From positions 104,286,001 to 104,350,000 of the forward strand of contig NC_086097.1 of the NCBI RefSeq assembly GCF_963921235.1: DNA of 64,000 nucleotides, given 5' to 3'. A program made the position numbers and the translations under genes. This document shows positions 1 to 12,204 of this stretch, piece by piece. The first letter of the stretch is position 1. Every line of letters starts with the position of its first letter. Origin of the DNA: Mobula hypostoma. Taxonomy: Eukaryota. The notes beneath the pieces are model-generated. The model was not told where the DNA came from and did not search any database. It was given only the letters and a program-made list of their open reading frames with translations.

Positions 1-960
1 TACTTAAAAAATGTGGTGAACTTCTGCCTTTGATACAATTTAAACCTGAAAGAGTAGTTCGCTTTGCTGATACAGTTTATAAATGTCACTAATGGAACCA
101 AGTCCAGAAATGATTAGTTTCATTTCTCTTACAATAACTGTATTAAGTAACTTGACTTTCCTTTCTGTCTCCTGGTAGTGAGGCTTACACTGTTGAGTCT
201 TGGCAGAAAAATTGTGCATGATCTCTTTCATTCATAGACTTCTCACCGTGGCGTTCTTTCAGCATGCTTTTGAAATAGCTATGGCACCTATCTTCTACAA
301 TTCTATATTTGTCCCGACTTGTTCATACAGTTACTTCATCATAACTGTATCACCAAAGAAAAAGCTGGTGAAAGTGGGATTCTTGAACACTGGGAAGATG
401 ACAATGCAAATTCATATGTGAAAATCAGAATAACTACAGATATCAGTAAGCTTACATTTTAAAAAAAAAACACAATGTTGGAACTATTGAGCTTTTCAGG
501 CTGTGGGACCTGATGGAGGATCTTCGACTTCAAACTTTAACACTGCCACTCTCATAGTCCTCTGCCACCTTGTTCAGTGGTAAAACGTCAGTTGTTGTGC
601 AGGTGATAATATTCAGCTGGCTGAAAAGGTGACCCTTCCAAGCCCTTGTTCGTATGCTGTGTTTTAATTCTCCTCTTGATCCTCTCTACCAGCACAACCT
701 CTTTCGTATTAAATGTTATTTTCTCTTATTAGTATTCCAGCAAAAATATGTGGTTTTCTATGCCTTATGTGGTATCCTAAGAGTTAGTGAAGCAGTCACT
801 TTTCAGAACAGTAATATCAATTGCCCCTTGTCTCTTGAATCTTTGCTGTTTCTAATGAGAACTGGACTTGTCAGTGGTCTCCTGTCTAACTCAGCATTCC
901 AACTGCTATACTGCCATAGTTACTCTAATTGCAGTTGAATACTTGTAACAGCAGTTCCGT

Positions 961-1445
961 CCCTTTCTCAATGTCTGTATCCCTATCGACAACATCTTTG
1001 TGTGTGATGTTATGGAGGGCTCATCTACTGAGACTATATGGGTGGAATTCAAAAATAAGAAAAGTACAATGGATTTGAGGGGAATATGCTACAGATGCCC
1101 CCCCCACCACTTACCACCACACACACACACACACACCCTCCTCCTCCCCAGTTGGGACATGGAGAAACAGGTACCTAGGCAGGTGAGGGAATGGTGTGAG
1201 AACAACAGGGTTGTTGTAGATACTTTAACTGAATAAAAACAGATTCCTAATACTTATGAGATGAATAAGTGGAGGCAGAAACGATACGGTCTTTTAAGAG
1301 GTTCCTTGACAGGTACATGGAGCTTAGAAAAATAGAGGACTATGGGTAAGCCTAGGTAGTTCTCAGGTAAGGACATGTTCGGCACAGCTTTGTGGGCCAA
1401 AGGGCCTGTATTGTGCCGTAAGTTTTCTATATTCTATGTTCTATT
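961..1445 (+). mobile_element. Degraded CR1 LINE fragments (endonuclease piece plus 3' end)
   Basis: ORF 1000-1236 reads TETIWVEFKNKK..GICYRCPP (APE endonuclease-like); CR1-type 3' UTR ends in ATTCTATGTTCTATTCT at about 1430-1447. Confidence 0.65.
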
Positions 1446-1574
1446 CTCATAAGGCATGCTCCCCAATCCAGGCAACATCCTAATAAATCTCAAATACTTG
1501 ACAATTTCCACAGCCTTACATTAATAATATATTCTGCCATCATATTTGACCTACCAAAATGAATCACCTCACAG

Positions 1575-4506
1575 ATAGTGGAGAGCACACCTGTGGCTGT
1601 CCCCCTCAGCAACAAATATCTTGTTCTAGATGCTGTTGAGGGGGATGACCTGACGGGACGCCCACGGTGACCGGGTCTCTGGCACTGAGCCTGGCGCTGT
1701 ACTGCAGGAGGGAAGGAGGGAGAAGAGGAATGTGGTAGTCATAGGGGATTCCATAGTCAGGGGAATGGACAGGAGATTCTGTGAGCCTGATAGACATACC
1801 TGCATGGTGTATTGCCTCCCAGGTGCCAGGGTACGGGATGTCTCGGATCAGGTCCAGAATATTCTGAAGGGGGAGGGCGAGCAGCCAGTTGTCTTGGTTG
1901 TTGGTACCAATGACATAGATAGGACAATGGAGGAGGTCCTGAAGAGAGATTTCCGGGAGTAGGAAGGAAGCTGAGAAACAGGACCACCAGGGTAGTAATC
2001 TCGGGATTGCTACCTGTGCCACGTGCTAGCGAGGGCAAGAATTGTAGGATCAGGCAGATGAATGCGTGGCTGAGAGATTGGTGCAGGGGGCAGGGTTTCA
2101 GATTCTTGGATAATTGGGCTCTCTTCTGGGGAAAGTATGACCTGTTCAAAATGGACAGCTTACACCTGAACCCGAAGGGGACCAATATCCTGGTGGGAAG
2201 GTTTAATAGAGCTGTTAGGAAGGGTTTAAACTAATTTGGCAGGGGGATGGGAACTGGAATGACAGAGCGGAGGAAGGGGAAAACAGAAATAAATCTAAGA
2301 TAGTGAGCAGTAAAGATGTCAGGAAAGACAGGCAGGTGATGGGGCAAATTTGTAACCACTGGGATGAGTTGCAGTGAAATCAAAGCGAAAAGAACCAAAT
2401 ACTATTCTTAAGGTGTTATACTTAAATACACGCAGCATAAAGAATAAGGTGGATGATCTTGTCGTACAGCTACAGATTGGCAGGTATGATATTGTGACCA
2501 TCACTGAGACGTGGCTAAAGGATGCATGTCTCCGGGAGCTGAACATCCAAGGATACACGGTGTATCGGAAGGATAGGAAGGTAGGCAGAGGGGGAGGCGT
2601 GGCTTTATTGGTAAGAAATGATATTAAATCATTAGAAAGAGGTGATATAGAATCGGAAGGTGCAGAATCTTTATGGGTTGAGCTAGGAAATCGCAGGGGT
2701 AAAAGGACCCTGATGGCAGTTATTTATAGACCTCCAAACAGCTGCAGTGATGTGGACTACAAATTACAACAGGAAATAGAAAAGGCTTGTCAGAAGGGCA
2801 GTGTTATGATAATTGTGGGGGATTTTAACATGCGAGTGGATTGGGAAAATCAGGTCGGCACTGAATCTCAAGAGAGAGAATTTGTAGAATGTCTGCGAGA
2901 TGGCTTTTTAGAACAACTTGTTGTTGAGCCCACTAGGGGATCGGCTGTACTGGATTGGGTATTGTGTAATGAACCGGAGGTGATTAGAGAGATTGAGGTG
3001 AAGGAACCCTTAGGAGGCAGTGATCATAACATGATTGAGTTTACTGTGAAATTTGAAAAAGAGAAGCCGAAATCTGATGTGTCAGTATTTCAGTGGAGTA
3101 AAGGAAATTATAGTGGCATGAGAGAGGAACTGGCCAAAGTTGACTGGAAAGGGACACTGATAGGACGGACGGCAGAGCAGCAGTGGCTGGAGTTTATGTG
3201 AGAAGTGAGGAAGGCGCAAGACAGGTATATTCCAAGAAAGAAGAAATTTTCGAATGGAAAAGGAATGCAACCGTAGCTGACGAGAAGTCAAAGCCAAAGT
3301 TAAAGTAAAGGAGAGGGCATACAAGGAAGCAAAAATTAGTGGGAAGACAGAGGATTGGGAAGTTTTTGAAAGCTTACAAAAGGAAACTAAGAAGGTCATT
3401 AAGAGGGAAAAGATGAACTATGAAAGGAAGCTAGCAAATAATATCAAAGAGGATGCTAAAAGCTTTTTCAAGTATATAAAGAGTAAAAGACAGGTGAGAG
3501 TAGATATAGGACCGATAGAAAATGATGCTGGAGAAATTGTAATGGGAGATAAGGAGATGGCAGAGGAACTGAATGAGTATTTTGCATCAGTCTTCACTGA
3601 GGAAGACATCAGCAGTATACCGGACACTCAAGGGTGGCAGGGAAGAGAAGTGTGCGCAGTCACAATTACGACGGAGAAAGTACTCAGGAAGCTGAATAGT
3701 CTAAAGGTAGATAAATCTCCCGGACCAGATAGAATGCACCCTCGTGTCCTGAAGGAAGTAACTGTGGAGATTGTGGAGGCATCAGCGGGAGTTGGGAATC
3801 CTTGTACAAGATACCCTTAAGGTTAAACTCCAGGTTGAGTCGGTGGTGAAGAAGGCGAATGCAATGTTGGCATTCATTTCTAGAGGAATGGAGTATAGGA
3901 GCAGGGATGTGATGTTGAGGTTCTATAAGGCGCTGGTGAGACCTCACTTGGAGTACTGTGGGCAGTTTTGGTCTCCTTATTTAAGAAAGGATGTGCTGAC
4001 GTTGGAGAGGGTACAGAGAAGATTCACTAAAATGATTCCGGGAATGAGAGGGTTAACATATGAGGAATGTTTGTCCGCTCTTGGACTGTATTCCTTGGAG
4101 TTTAGAAGAATGAGAGGAGACCTCATAGAAACATTTCAAATGTTGAAAGGCATGGACAAAGTGGATGTGGCAAAGTTGTTTCCCATGATGGGGGAGTCTA
4201 GTACGAGAGGACATGACTTAAGGATTGAAGGGCGCCCATTCAGAATAGAAATGCGAAGAAATTTTTTTAGCCAGAGGGTGGTGAATTTATGGAATTTGTT
4301 GCCACGGGCGGCAGTGGAGGCCAAGTTATTGGGTGTATTTAAGGCAGAGATTGATAGGTATCTGTGTAGCCAGGGCATCAAAGGTTATGGTGAGAAGGCG
4401 GGGGAGTGGGACTAAATGGGAGAATGGATCAGCTCATGATAAGATGGCGGAGCAGACTCGATGGGCCGAATGGACGACTTCTGGTCCTTTGTCTTATGGT
4501 CTTATC
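1575..4506 (+). mobile_element. CR1 LINE with ORF1 SGNH-esterase, ORF2 endonuclease and 3' end; RT core deleted
   Basis: VVIGDSIVRG/VGTND/DSLHLN (ORF1 esterase); KVLYLNTRSI, IYRPP, GDFN, GSDHN (endonuclease); at about 3783 the reading jumps from DKSPGPD..VEIVEA straight to QRELGILV (post-RT); 3' tail TCTTATGGTCTTAT. Confidence 0.9.
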
Positions 4507-4959
4507 TGGGTTGAACTCCATCTGCCACTTCTCAGCCCAGCTTTGCATTCTATTGATGTCCCGCTGTAACCTCTGACAACCTTCCACACTATCCACAACA
4601 CCCCCAACCTTTGTGTCATCTGCAAATTTGCTAACCCATCCCTCCACTTCCTCATCCAGGGTCATTTATGAAAATCTGAAAGAGAAGGCGTCCCAGAACA
4701 GATCCTTGAAGCACACCACTGGTCACCAATCTCCATGCAGAATATGACCCATCTACAATCACACCTTGCTTTCTGTGGGCAAGCCAATTCAGAATCCCCT
4801 TGGATCTCATGCCTCCTTACTTTCTCGATAAGCCTTGCATGGGGTACCTTATCAAATACCTTGCTGAAATCCATATACACTACATCTACTGCTCTACCTT
4901 CATCAATGTGTTCAGTCATATCCTCAAAAAATTCAATCAGGCTTGTAAGGCATGACCTG

Positions 4960-5040
4960 CTGGTGAACGCAACAGGCCAGGCAGCATCTGTAGGAAGAGG
5001 TGCAGTCGACGTTTCAGGCCGAGACCCTTCATCAGGACTA
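4960..5040 (-). mobile_element. Short Penelope-like terminal fragment inserted in CR1
   Basis: Matches the terminal sequence of the Penelope-like copies at 31975-32060 and 54950-55035. Confidence 0.7.
5004..5039 (-). ncRNA. Minimal type-I hammerhead ribozyme motif
   Basis: Reverse complement AGUC-CUGAUGA-AGGGUCUCGGCCU-GAAAC-GUC-GACU has the conserved core, helix II, palindromic ACGU helix III and AGUC/GACU helix I. Confidence 0.7.
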
Positions 5041-6145
5041 TTCCTAATCATATTATACCTCTCCAAATGTTCTTAAATCCTGCCTCTCAACTTACCAACC
5101 ATTGAAGTAAGACTTGCTGGTCTGTAATTTCCTGGGCTATCTCTACTCCCTTTCTTGAATAAGGAAATAACATCCGCAACTCTCCAATCCTCCGGAACCT
5201 CTCCCGTCCCCATTGATGATGAAAGGATCATTGCCAGAGGCTCAGCAATCTCCTCCTTCGCCTCCCACAGTATCCTGGGGTCCCGGTGACTTCTCCAACT
5301 TGATGCTTTCCAAAAGCACCTGCATATCCTCTTTCGTAATATCACAAGCACAAGCTTTTCAGTCCACTGTAAATCATCCCTTCAATGGCCAAGGTCCATT
5401 TCCGTAGTGAGTACTGAAGCCAAGTATTCATTACGTACCTCTGCTATCTCCTCTGGTTCCATACACACTTTTCCACTGTCCCACTTGATAGGTCCTATTC
5501 TTTCACGTCTTATCCTCTTGTTCTTCACATACTTGTAGAATGCCTTAGGGTTTTCCTTAATCCTGCCCGCTAAGGCCTTCTCATGGTCCCTCTGGCTCTC
5601 CTCATGTCATTCTTAAGCTTCTTCCTGCTAGCCTTATAATCTTCAAGATCTCTATCATTACCTAGTTTTTTGAACCTTTCGTAAGCTTTTCTTTTCTTCT
5701 TGACTAGGTTTACAACAACCTACAAACACCACGGTTCCTGTACCATCCTTACCCTGTCTCATTGCAATGTACCAATGCAGAACCTCACGCAAATATCCCC
5801 TGAACATTTGCCACATTTCTGCTGTACATTTCCCTGAGAACATCTGTTCCCAATTTATGCCTCCAAGTTGATAGCCTCATATTTCCCCTTATTCCAATTA
5901 AACACTTTCCTAACTTGTCTGTTCCTATCCCTTTCCAATGCTATGGTAAAGGAGATAGAATTGTGATCACAATATCTCCAAAATGCTCTCCCACTGAGAG
6001 ATTTGACACCTGACCAGGTTCATTTCCCAGTAGCAGATCAAGTACAGCCTCTTCTCTTACAGACTTATCTACATATTGTGTCAAGAAACCTTCCTGAACG
6101 CACGTAACAAACTCCACTCCATCTAAACCCCTCAATCTAGGGAGA

Positions 6146-9115
6146 TAGAAACATAGAAAATAGGTGCAGGAGTAGGCCATTCGGCCCTTCGAGCCTGCAC
6201 CGCCATTTATTATGATCATGGCTGATCATCCAACTCAGAACCCCGCCCCAGCCTTCCCTCCATACCCCCTGACCCCCGTAGCCACAAGGGCCATATCTAA
6301 CTCCCTCTTAAATATAGCCAATGAACTGGCCTCAACAGTTTCCTGTGGCAGAGAATTCCACAGATTCACCACTCTCTGTGTGAAGAAGTTTTTCCTAATC
6401 TTGGTCCTAAAAGGCTTCCCCTCTATCCTCAAACTGTGACCCCTCGTTCTGGACTTCCCCAACATCGGGAACAATCTTCCTGCATCTAGCCTGTCCAATC
6501 CCTTTAGGATCTTATACGTTTCAATCAGATACCCCTCAGTCTTCTAAATTCCAACGAGTACAAGCTCAGTTCATCCAGTCTTTCTTCATATGAAAGTCCT
6601 GCCATCCCAGGAATCAATCTGGTGAACCTTCTTTGTACTCCCTCTATGGCAAAGATGTCTTTCCTCAGATTAGGGCACCAAAACTGCACACAATACTCCA
6701 GGTGTGGTCTCACCAAGGCCTTGTACAACTGCAGTAGTACCTCCCTGCTCCTGTACTCGAATCCTCTCGCTATAAATGCCAGCATACCATTTGCCTTTTT
6801 CACCGCCTGCTGTACCTGCATGCCCACTTTCAATGACTGGTGTATAATGACACCCAGGTCTCGTTGCACCTCCCCTTTTCCTAATCGGCCACCATTCAGA
6901 TAATAATCTGTTTTCCTATTTTTGCCACCAAAGTGGATAACTTCACATTTATCCACATTAAATTGCATCTGCCATGAATTTGCCCACTCACCCAACCTAT
7001 CCAAGTCACCCTGCATCCTCTTAGCATCCTCCTCACTGCTAACACTGCCACCCAGCTTCGTGTCATCTGCAAACTTGGAGATGCTGCATTTAATTCCCTC
7101 ATCCAAGTCATTAATATATATTGTAAACAACTGGGGTCCCAGCACTGAGCCTTGCGGTACCCCACTAGTCACTGCCTGCCATTCTGAAAAGGTCCCGTTT
7201 ATTCCCACTCTTTGCTTCCTGTCTGCTAACCAATTCTCCACCCACACCAATACCTTACCCCCAATACCGTGTGCTTTAAGTTTGCACACTAATCTCCTAT
7301 GTGGGACCTTGTCAAAAGCCTTTTGAAAATCCAAATATACCACATCCACTGGTTCTCCCCTATCCACTCTACCAGTTACATCCTCAAAAAATTCTTTGAG
7401 ATTCGTCAGACATGATTTTCCTTTCACAAATCCATGCTGACTTTGTCCGATCATTTCACTGCTTTCCAAATGTGCTGTTATCACATCCTTGATAACTGAC
7501 TCCAGCAGTTTCCCCACCACCGACGTTAGGCTAACCGGTCTATAATTCCCTGGTTTCTCTCTCCCTCCTTTTTTAAAAAGTGGGGTTACATTAGCCACCC
7601 TCCAATCCTCAGGAACTAGTCCAGAATCTAACGAGTTTTGAAAAATTATCACTAATGCATCCACTATTTTTTGGGCTACTTCCTTAAGCACTCTAGGATG
7701 CAGACCATCTGGCCCTGGGGATTTATCTGCCTTTAATCCCTTCAATTTACCTAACACCACTTCCCTACTAACATGTATTTCGCTCAGTTCCTCCATCTCA
7801 CTGGACCCTCTGTCCCTTACTATTTCTGGAAGATTATTTATGTCCTCCTTAGTGAAGACAGAACCAAAGTAATTATTCAATTGGTCTGCCATGTCCTTGC
7901 TCCCCATAATCAATTCACCTGTTTCTGTCTGCAGGGGACCTACATTTGTCTTTACCAGTCTTTTCTTTTTTACATATCTATAAAAGCTTTTACAGTCCGT
8001 TTTTATGTTCCCTGCCAGTTTTCTCTCATAATCTTTTTTCCCCTTCCTAATTAAGCCCTTTGTCCTCCTCTGCTGAACTCTGAATTTCTCCCAGTCCTCA
8101 GGTGAGCCACTTTCTCTGGCTAATTTGTATGCTTCTTCTTTGGAATTGATACTATCCCTAATTTCTCTTGTCAGCCACGGGTGCACTACCTTCCTTGATT
8201 TATTCTTTTGCCAAACTGGGATGAACAATTGTTGTAGTTCATCCATGCAACCTTTAAATGCTTGCCATTGCATATCCACCGTCACTCCTTTAAGTGTCAT
8301 TTGCCAGTCTATCTTAGCTAATTCACGTCTCATACCTTCAAAGTTACCCCTCTTTAAGTTCAGAATCTTTGTTTCTGAATTAACTATGTCACTCTCCATC
8401 TTAATGAAGAATTCCACCATATTATGGTCACTCTTACCCAAGGGGCCTCTCACGACAAGATTGCTAATTAACTCTTCCTCATTGCTCAAAACCCAGTCCA
8501 GAATAGCCTGCTCTCTAGTTGGTTCCTCGACATGTTGGTTCAAAAAACCATCCCGCATACATTCCAAGAAATCCTCTTCCTCAGCACCTTTACCAATTTG
8601 GTTCACCCAGTCTACATGTAGATTGAAGTCACCCATTATAACTGCTGTTCCTTTATTGCACACATTTCTAATTTCCTGTTTAATACCATCTCCGACCTCA
8701 CTACTACTGTTAGGTGGCCTGTACACAACTCCCACCAGCGTCTTCTGCCCCTTAGTGTTACGCAGCTCTACCCATATCGATTCCACATCTTCACGGCTTA
8801 TGTCTTTCCTTTCTATTGCGTTAATCTCTTCTTTAACCAGCAACGCCACCCCACCTCCCCTTCCTTCATGTCTATCCCTCCTGAATATTGAATATCCCTG
8901 AACGTTGAGCTCCCATCCCTGGTCACCCTGGAGCCATGTCTCTGTGATCCCAACTATATCATAATCATTAATAACAATCTGCACTTTCAATTCATCCACC
9001 TTATTACGAATGCTCCTTGCATTGACACATAAAGCCTTCAGGTGCTCTTTTACAACTCTCTTAGCCCTTATACAATTATGTTGAAAAGTGGCCCTTTTTA
9101 ATGCTTGCCCTGGAT
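6146..9115 (-). mobile_element. Young 5'-truncated CR1 LINE with nearly intact ORF2
   Basis: Continuous endonuclease-to-RT reading frame; 3' UTR and TTTCTATGTTTCTAT-type tail at the 6146 end; nested in the endonuclease region of the older CR1. Confidence 0.95.
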
Positions 9116-9218
9116 TTCCCACCACGACAGCCCTGTTATTATTACACCTTTCCAGAAACTGTCTCCCTATCTGCTCCTGGATGTTGTTGTTACTATTGGG
9201 TGGTCTATAAAAAAACAC
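6525..9218 (-). CDS. CR1 ORF2 (APE endonuclease plus reverse transcriptase), chimeric N-terminus, frameshifted near the C-terminus
   Basis: 897-aa ORF with NARSI, VYRPP, GDFN, SDHN, QHGF, LDFQKAFDKVPH, GVPQGSVLGP, FADD. The first ~35 aa come from the host CR1. An apparent 1-nt deletion at about 6531 (RLRG|I*) separates the C-terminal part (ORF 6235-6498). Confidence 0.9.
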   Translation of the reverse strand: MFFYRPPNSNNNIQEQIGRQFLERCNNNRAVVVGNPGQALKRATFQHNCIRAKRVVKEHLKALCVNARSIRNKVDELKVQIVINDYDIVGITETWLQGDQGWELNVQGYSIFRRDRHEGRGGGVALLVKEEINAIERKDISREDVESIWVELRNTKGQKTLVGVVYRPPNSSSEVGDGIKQEIRNVCNKGTAVIMGDFNLHVDWVNQIGKGAEEEDFLECMRDGFLNQHVEEPTREQAILDWVLSNEEELISNLVVRGPLGKSDHNMVEFFIKMESDIVNSETKILNLKRGNFEGMRRELAKIDWQMTLKGVTVDMQWQAFKGCMDELQQLFIPVWQKNKSRKVVHPWLTREIRDSINSKEEAYKLARESGSPEDWEKFRVQQRRTKGLIRKGKKDYERKLAGNIKTDCKSFYRYVKKKRLVKTNVGPLQTETGELIMGSKDMADQLNNYFGSVFTKEDINNLPEIVRDRGSSEMEELSEIHVSREVVLGKLKGLKADKSPGPDGLHPRVLKEVAQKIVDALVIIFQNSLDSGLVPEDWRVANVTPLFKKGGREKPGNYRPVSLTSVVGKLLESVIKDVITAHLESSEMIGQSQHGFVKGKSCLTNLKEFFEDVTGRVDRGEPVDVVYLDFQKAFDKVPHRRLVCKLKAHGIGGKVLVWVENWLADRKQRVGINGTFSEWQAVTSGVPQGSVLGPQLFTIYINDLDEGIKCSISKFADDTKLGGSVSSEEDAKRMQGDLDRLGEWANSWQMQFNVDKCEVIHFGGKNRKTDYYLNGGRLGKGEVQRDLGVIIHQSLKVGMQVQQAVKKANGMLAFIARGFEYRSREVLLQLYKALVRPHLEYCVQFWCPNLRKDIFAIEGVQRRFTRLIPGMAGLSYEERLDELSLYSLEFRRLRGI

Positions 9219-9556
9219 CCAGTAGAGTTACTGATCCCTTCCTGTTCCTAACTTCCCCCACAGAGACTCAGTAGACAATCCCTTCAAGACTTCCTCCTTT
9301 TCTGCAGCCGTGACACTCTCTCTGATCAACAGTGCCACGCCCCCACCTCTTTTTGCCTCCCTCCCTGTCCTTTCTGAAACATCTAAAGCCTGGCACTCTT
9401 AGGTAACCATTCCTGCCCCTGAGCAATCCAAGTCTCTGTAATGGCCACAACATCACAGCTCCAAGTGCTGATCCACGCTGTAATCTCATCCGCTTTGTTC
9501 ATAATACTCCTTACGTTAAAATAGACACACCTCAAGCCATCGGTCTGAGCGCATCT

Positions 9557-9810
9557 CATTCCTCCGAGATGCAGCACAGAGCGTCATAGGAAGTCATTCC
9601 TGCCTGTGGCCATCAAACTTTACAACTCCTCCCTTGGAAGGTCAGACACCCTGAGCCGATAGGCTGGTCCTGGACTTATTTCATAATTTACTGGCATAAT
9701 TTACATATTACTATTTAACTATTTATGGTTCTATTACTATTTATTATTTATGGAGCAACTGTAACGAAAACCAATTTCCCCCGGGATCAATAAAGTATGA
9801 CTATAACTAT
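9557..9810 (+). mobile_element. Rex1/Babar-like LINE 3' end inserted in CR1
   Basis: Encodes PRCSTERHRKSFLPVAIKLYNSS, followed by an AT-rich UTR, GGGATCAATAAAGT and a GACTAT/AACTAT tail. Confidence 0.7.
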
Positions 9811-12204
9811 CACCTGCCTATCTTCCCTCTCGCGCTATCTGCAAGCTTTCTCTATTTGTGAGCCAAGCGCCCCTTCCTCCGTCTCTTCACTTGGCTTCCC
9901 ACCCCCCCAGCAATTCTAGTTTAAACTCTCCCCAATTACCTGAGCAAACCTCCCAGCCAGGATGTTGGTCTCCCTCGGATTCAAGTGCAACTTGTCCTTT
10001 TTGTACAGGTCATGCCTGCCCCAAAAGAGGTCCCAATGATCCAGAAATCTGAATCCTTGCCCCCTGCTCCAATCCCTCAGCCACGCATTTATTCTCCACT
10101 TCACTCTATTCCTATACTCACTGTCACGTGGCACAGGCAGTAATCCCGAGATTACTACCTTTGAGGTCCTGCTTGTTGAATTCCTTTCTGACTCCCTATA
10201 GTCTGTTTTCAGGACTCCTCCCTTTTCCTACCTATGTTGTTGGTACCAATATGTACCATAACCTCTGGCTGTTTTCCTTCCCATTTCAGGCTATAGTGGA
10301 TGTGATCAGAAACATCCCGGACCCTGGCACCTGGGAGGCAAACTACCATCCGTGCTGCTTTCCTGCGTCCATAGAATCACCTGTCTGACCCCCTAATTAT
10401 AGAGCCCCCTATCACTGCTGCCATCCTCTTCCTTTCCCTACCCTTCTGAGCCACAGGGCCAGACTCTGTGCCAGAGGTGCGACCACTGTGGCTTCCCCCA
10501 GGTAGGCCATTCCCCCCCCCCCAACAGTACTCAAACAGGAGTATTTATTGTTAAGGGGGACAACCACAGGGGTACCCTCTAGTATCTGACTCTTGCCCTT
10601 CCCTCTCCTGACTGTTACCCACTTATCTGAATCCCGAGGCCCCGGTGTGACTGCTTGCCGATAGCTCCTCTCTATCACCTCCTCACTTCCCTTGAGCAGA
10701 TGAAGGTCATCAAGCTACATCTCCAGTTCTCTAACTCAGTCCCTGAGGAGCTGCAGCTCGACGCACATGGCGCAGATGTGGCTGTCCGGGAGGCTGGGAG
10801 TCTCCTGGACTTCTCACATCTGACACCCATCCAGTACAGAACACAGCCTCACACACATACTTCCAGTCTCTATTCTACATAGGCAACCTACCTTGCCTCA
10901 ACCCGCTGAGCCAAAGCCTTCCTGCTCTGTCTCCCTCTACTCGATGCCCGCTCTATAAAGTTGTTTTCTTTTTAAACTCTTCTCACTGTTCAAACTGGCT
11001 GACGTCCATGCACTTGTGCAGTCGTGCCTCAATCTTAGTTCGTGAGGAAAAGGAAACATAGATTTAGGAGGCTAAAATTAACTCGAGACCATGAGGATTA
11101 TACAAAAAAAGCCAGAAAAGAACTCAGGAAGAAGGCGAGCCAGGAGTGACGAAGAAAAGTCCTTGGCAAGTAGGGTTAAAGGGAACCCCAAGGCAGTCCA
11201 TACGTATATCAAGAGCAAGAGGATAATTAGGGGCAGTTAGGACCATCTGTGGATAAAGGAGGGAACGTGCTTGGATGCAGAGGATGCGGGTGAAATCGTA
11301 AATAAATACTTTGCGTCAGTATTTACCCAAGAGGCGGATATGAAGGATAAGCAGGTCAGTGTGGTGCTTGCTGATATACTATAGGGCAATTTGAGATGGA
11401 GAAGATAGTGGCGTTTTTCTTGAAGGGCATTAGTGGTCTTCTGGTATATATGAGAGGCAAGAGTTGAAATTGTTAGAGTCTTGACCAAGTTCTGTGTCCG
11501 CTGTAGTCACAGACAAGGTTCTAGATGACTGGTGGGTAGCTAATCTGTTCCATTATTTAAGAAGGGAAATGGGTATAATCCAGGAAACTATAGACCGGTG
11601 AGTCTTACATCAGTGGTAAGGAAGTTGCTGCAGAGAATTCTTCGTGATAGGGTTTATGAGCATTTGGAAAACCATGACTGAATTAGGGACTGTCTTTTTC
11701 AGAATTAATTAGGAACATAGATTTTTGAGGGGCAAGTCGTGCCATACAAGTCATGCAGGGCAAGTCATATTTTAATAACTTCATTGTGTTTTTCAAGGGG
11801 TTGATGAAGATGCAATACACAATGTTGTAGGAACTCAGCAGCTCAGGTAGCGTCTATGGAGGGAAATAAACAGTCAACATTTCACGCTGAGATCCTTTCA
11901 TCAGAACTAGAAAGAGGGAAAAGAAGCCAGAATAAGATTTGGGGGGGAGAAGATGGAGTACAAACTGATGGTGAGATAGTTGAAGCCAGGTGGAGGGGAA
12001 GGTGGTTGGGGAAGGGGTGATAGCGAGAAGCTGGGAGATGATAGGTGGAAGAGGAAAAGGGCTGAAGAAAGAATCTAATGTGAAAGGAGAAACTATAGAT
12101 TCCATCGGAGAAAGGGAAGGAGGAGGGGCACCAGAGGGAGATGATGGGCAGGTGAGAAGAAAAGGATAAGACCAGAACCAGTAAAGTTAGAGAAATCGGT
12201 GTCC

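Larger units (their letters stand above)
4507..11030 (-). mobile_element. Older, roughly full-length CR1 LINE interrupted by three later insertions
   Basis: Minus-strand ORF1 esterase (ORFs 10412-10678, 9916-10134), endonuclease pieces (9118-9577, 5941-6145) and RT pieces (SKFADDTK about 4610, DFSKVFDKVPH about 4850), with many frameshifts. Confidence 0.85.

Noticed and set aside
505..550. Hammerhead-like CCTGATGGAGG..CAAAC
   Set aside because: Core nucleotides and helices are too degenerate; at most an old Penelope remnant.
8125..8901. 258-aa + strand ORF and similar ORFs opposite LINE ORF2s
   Set aside because: Antisense shadows of CR1 coding sequence with no independent homology.
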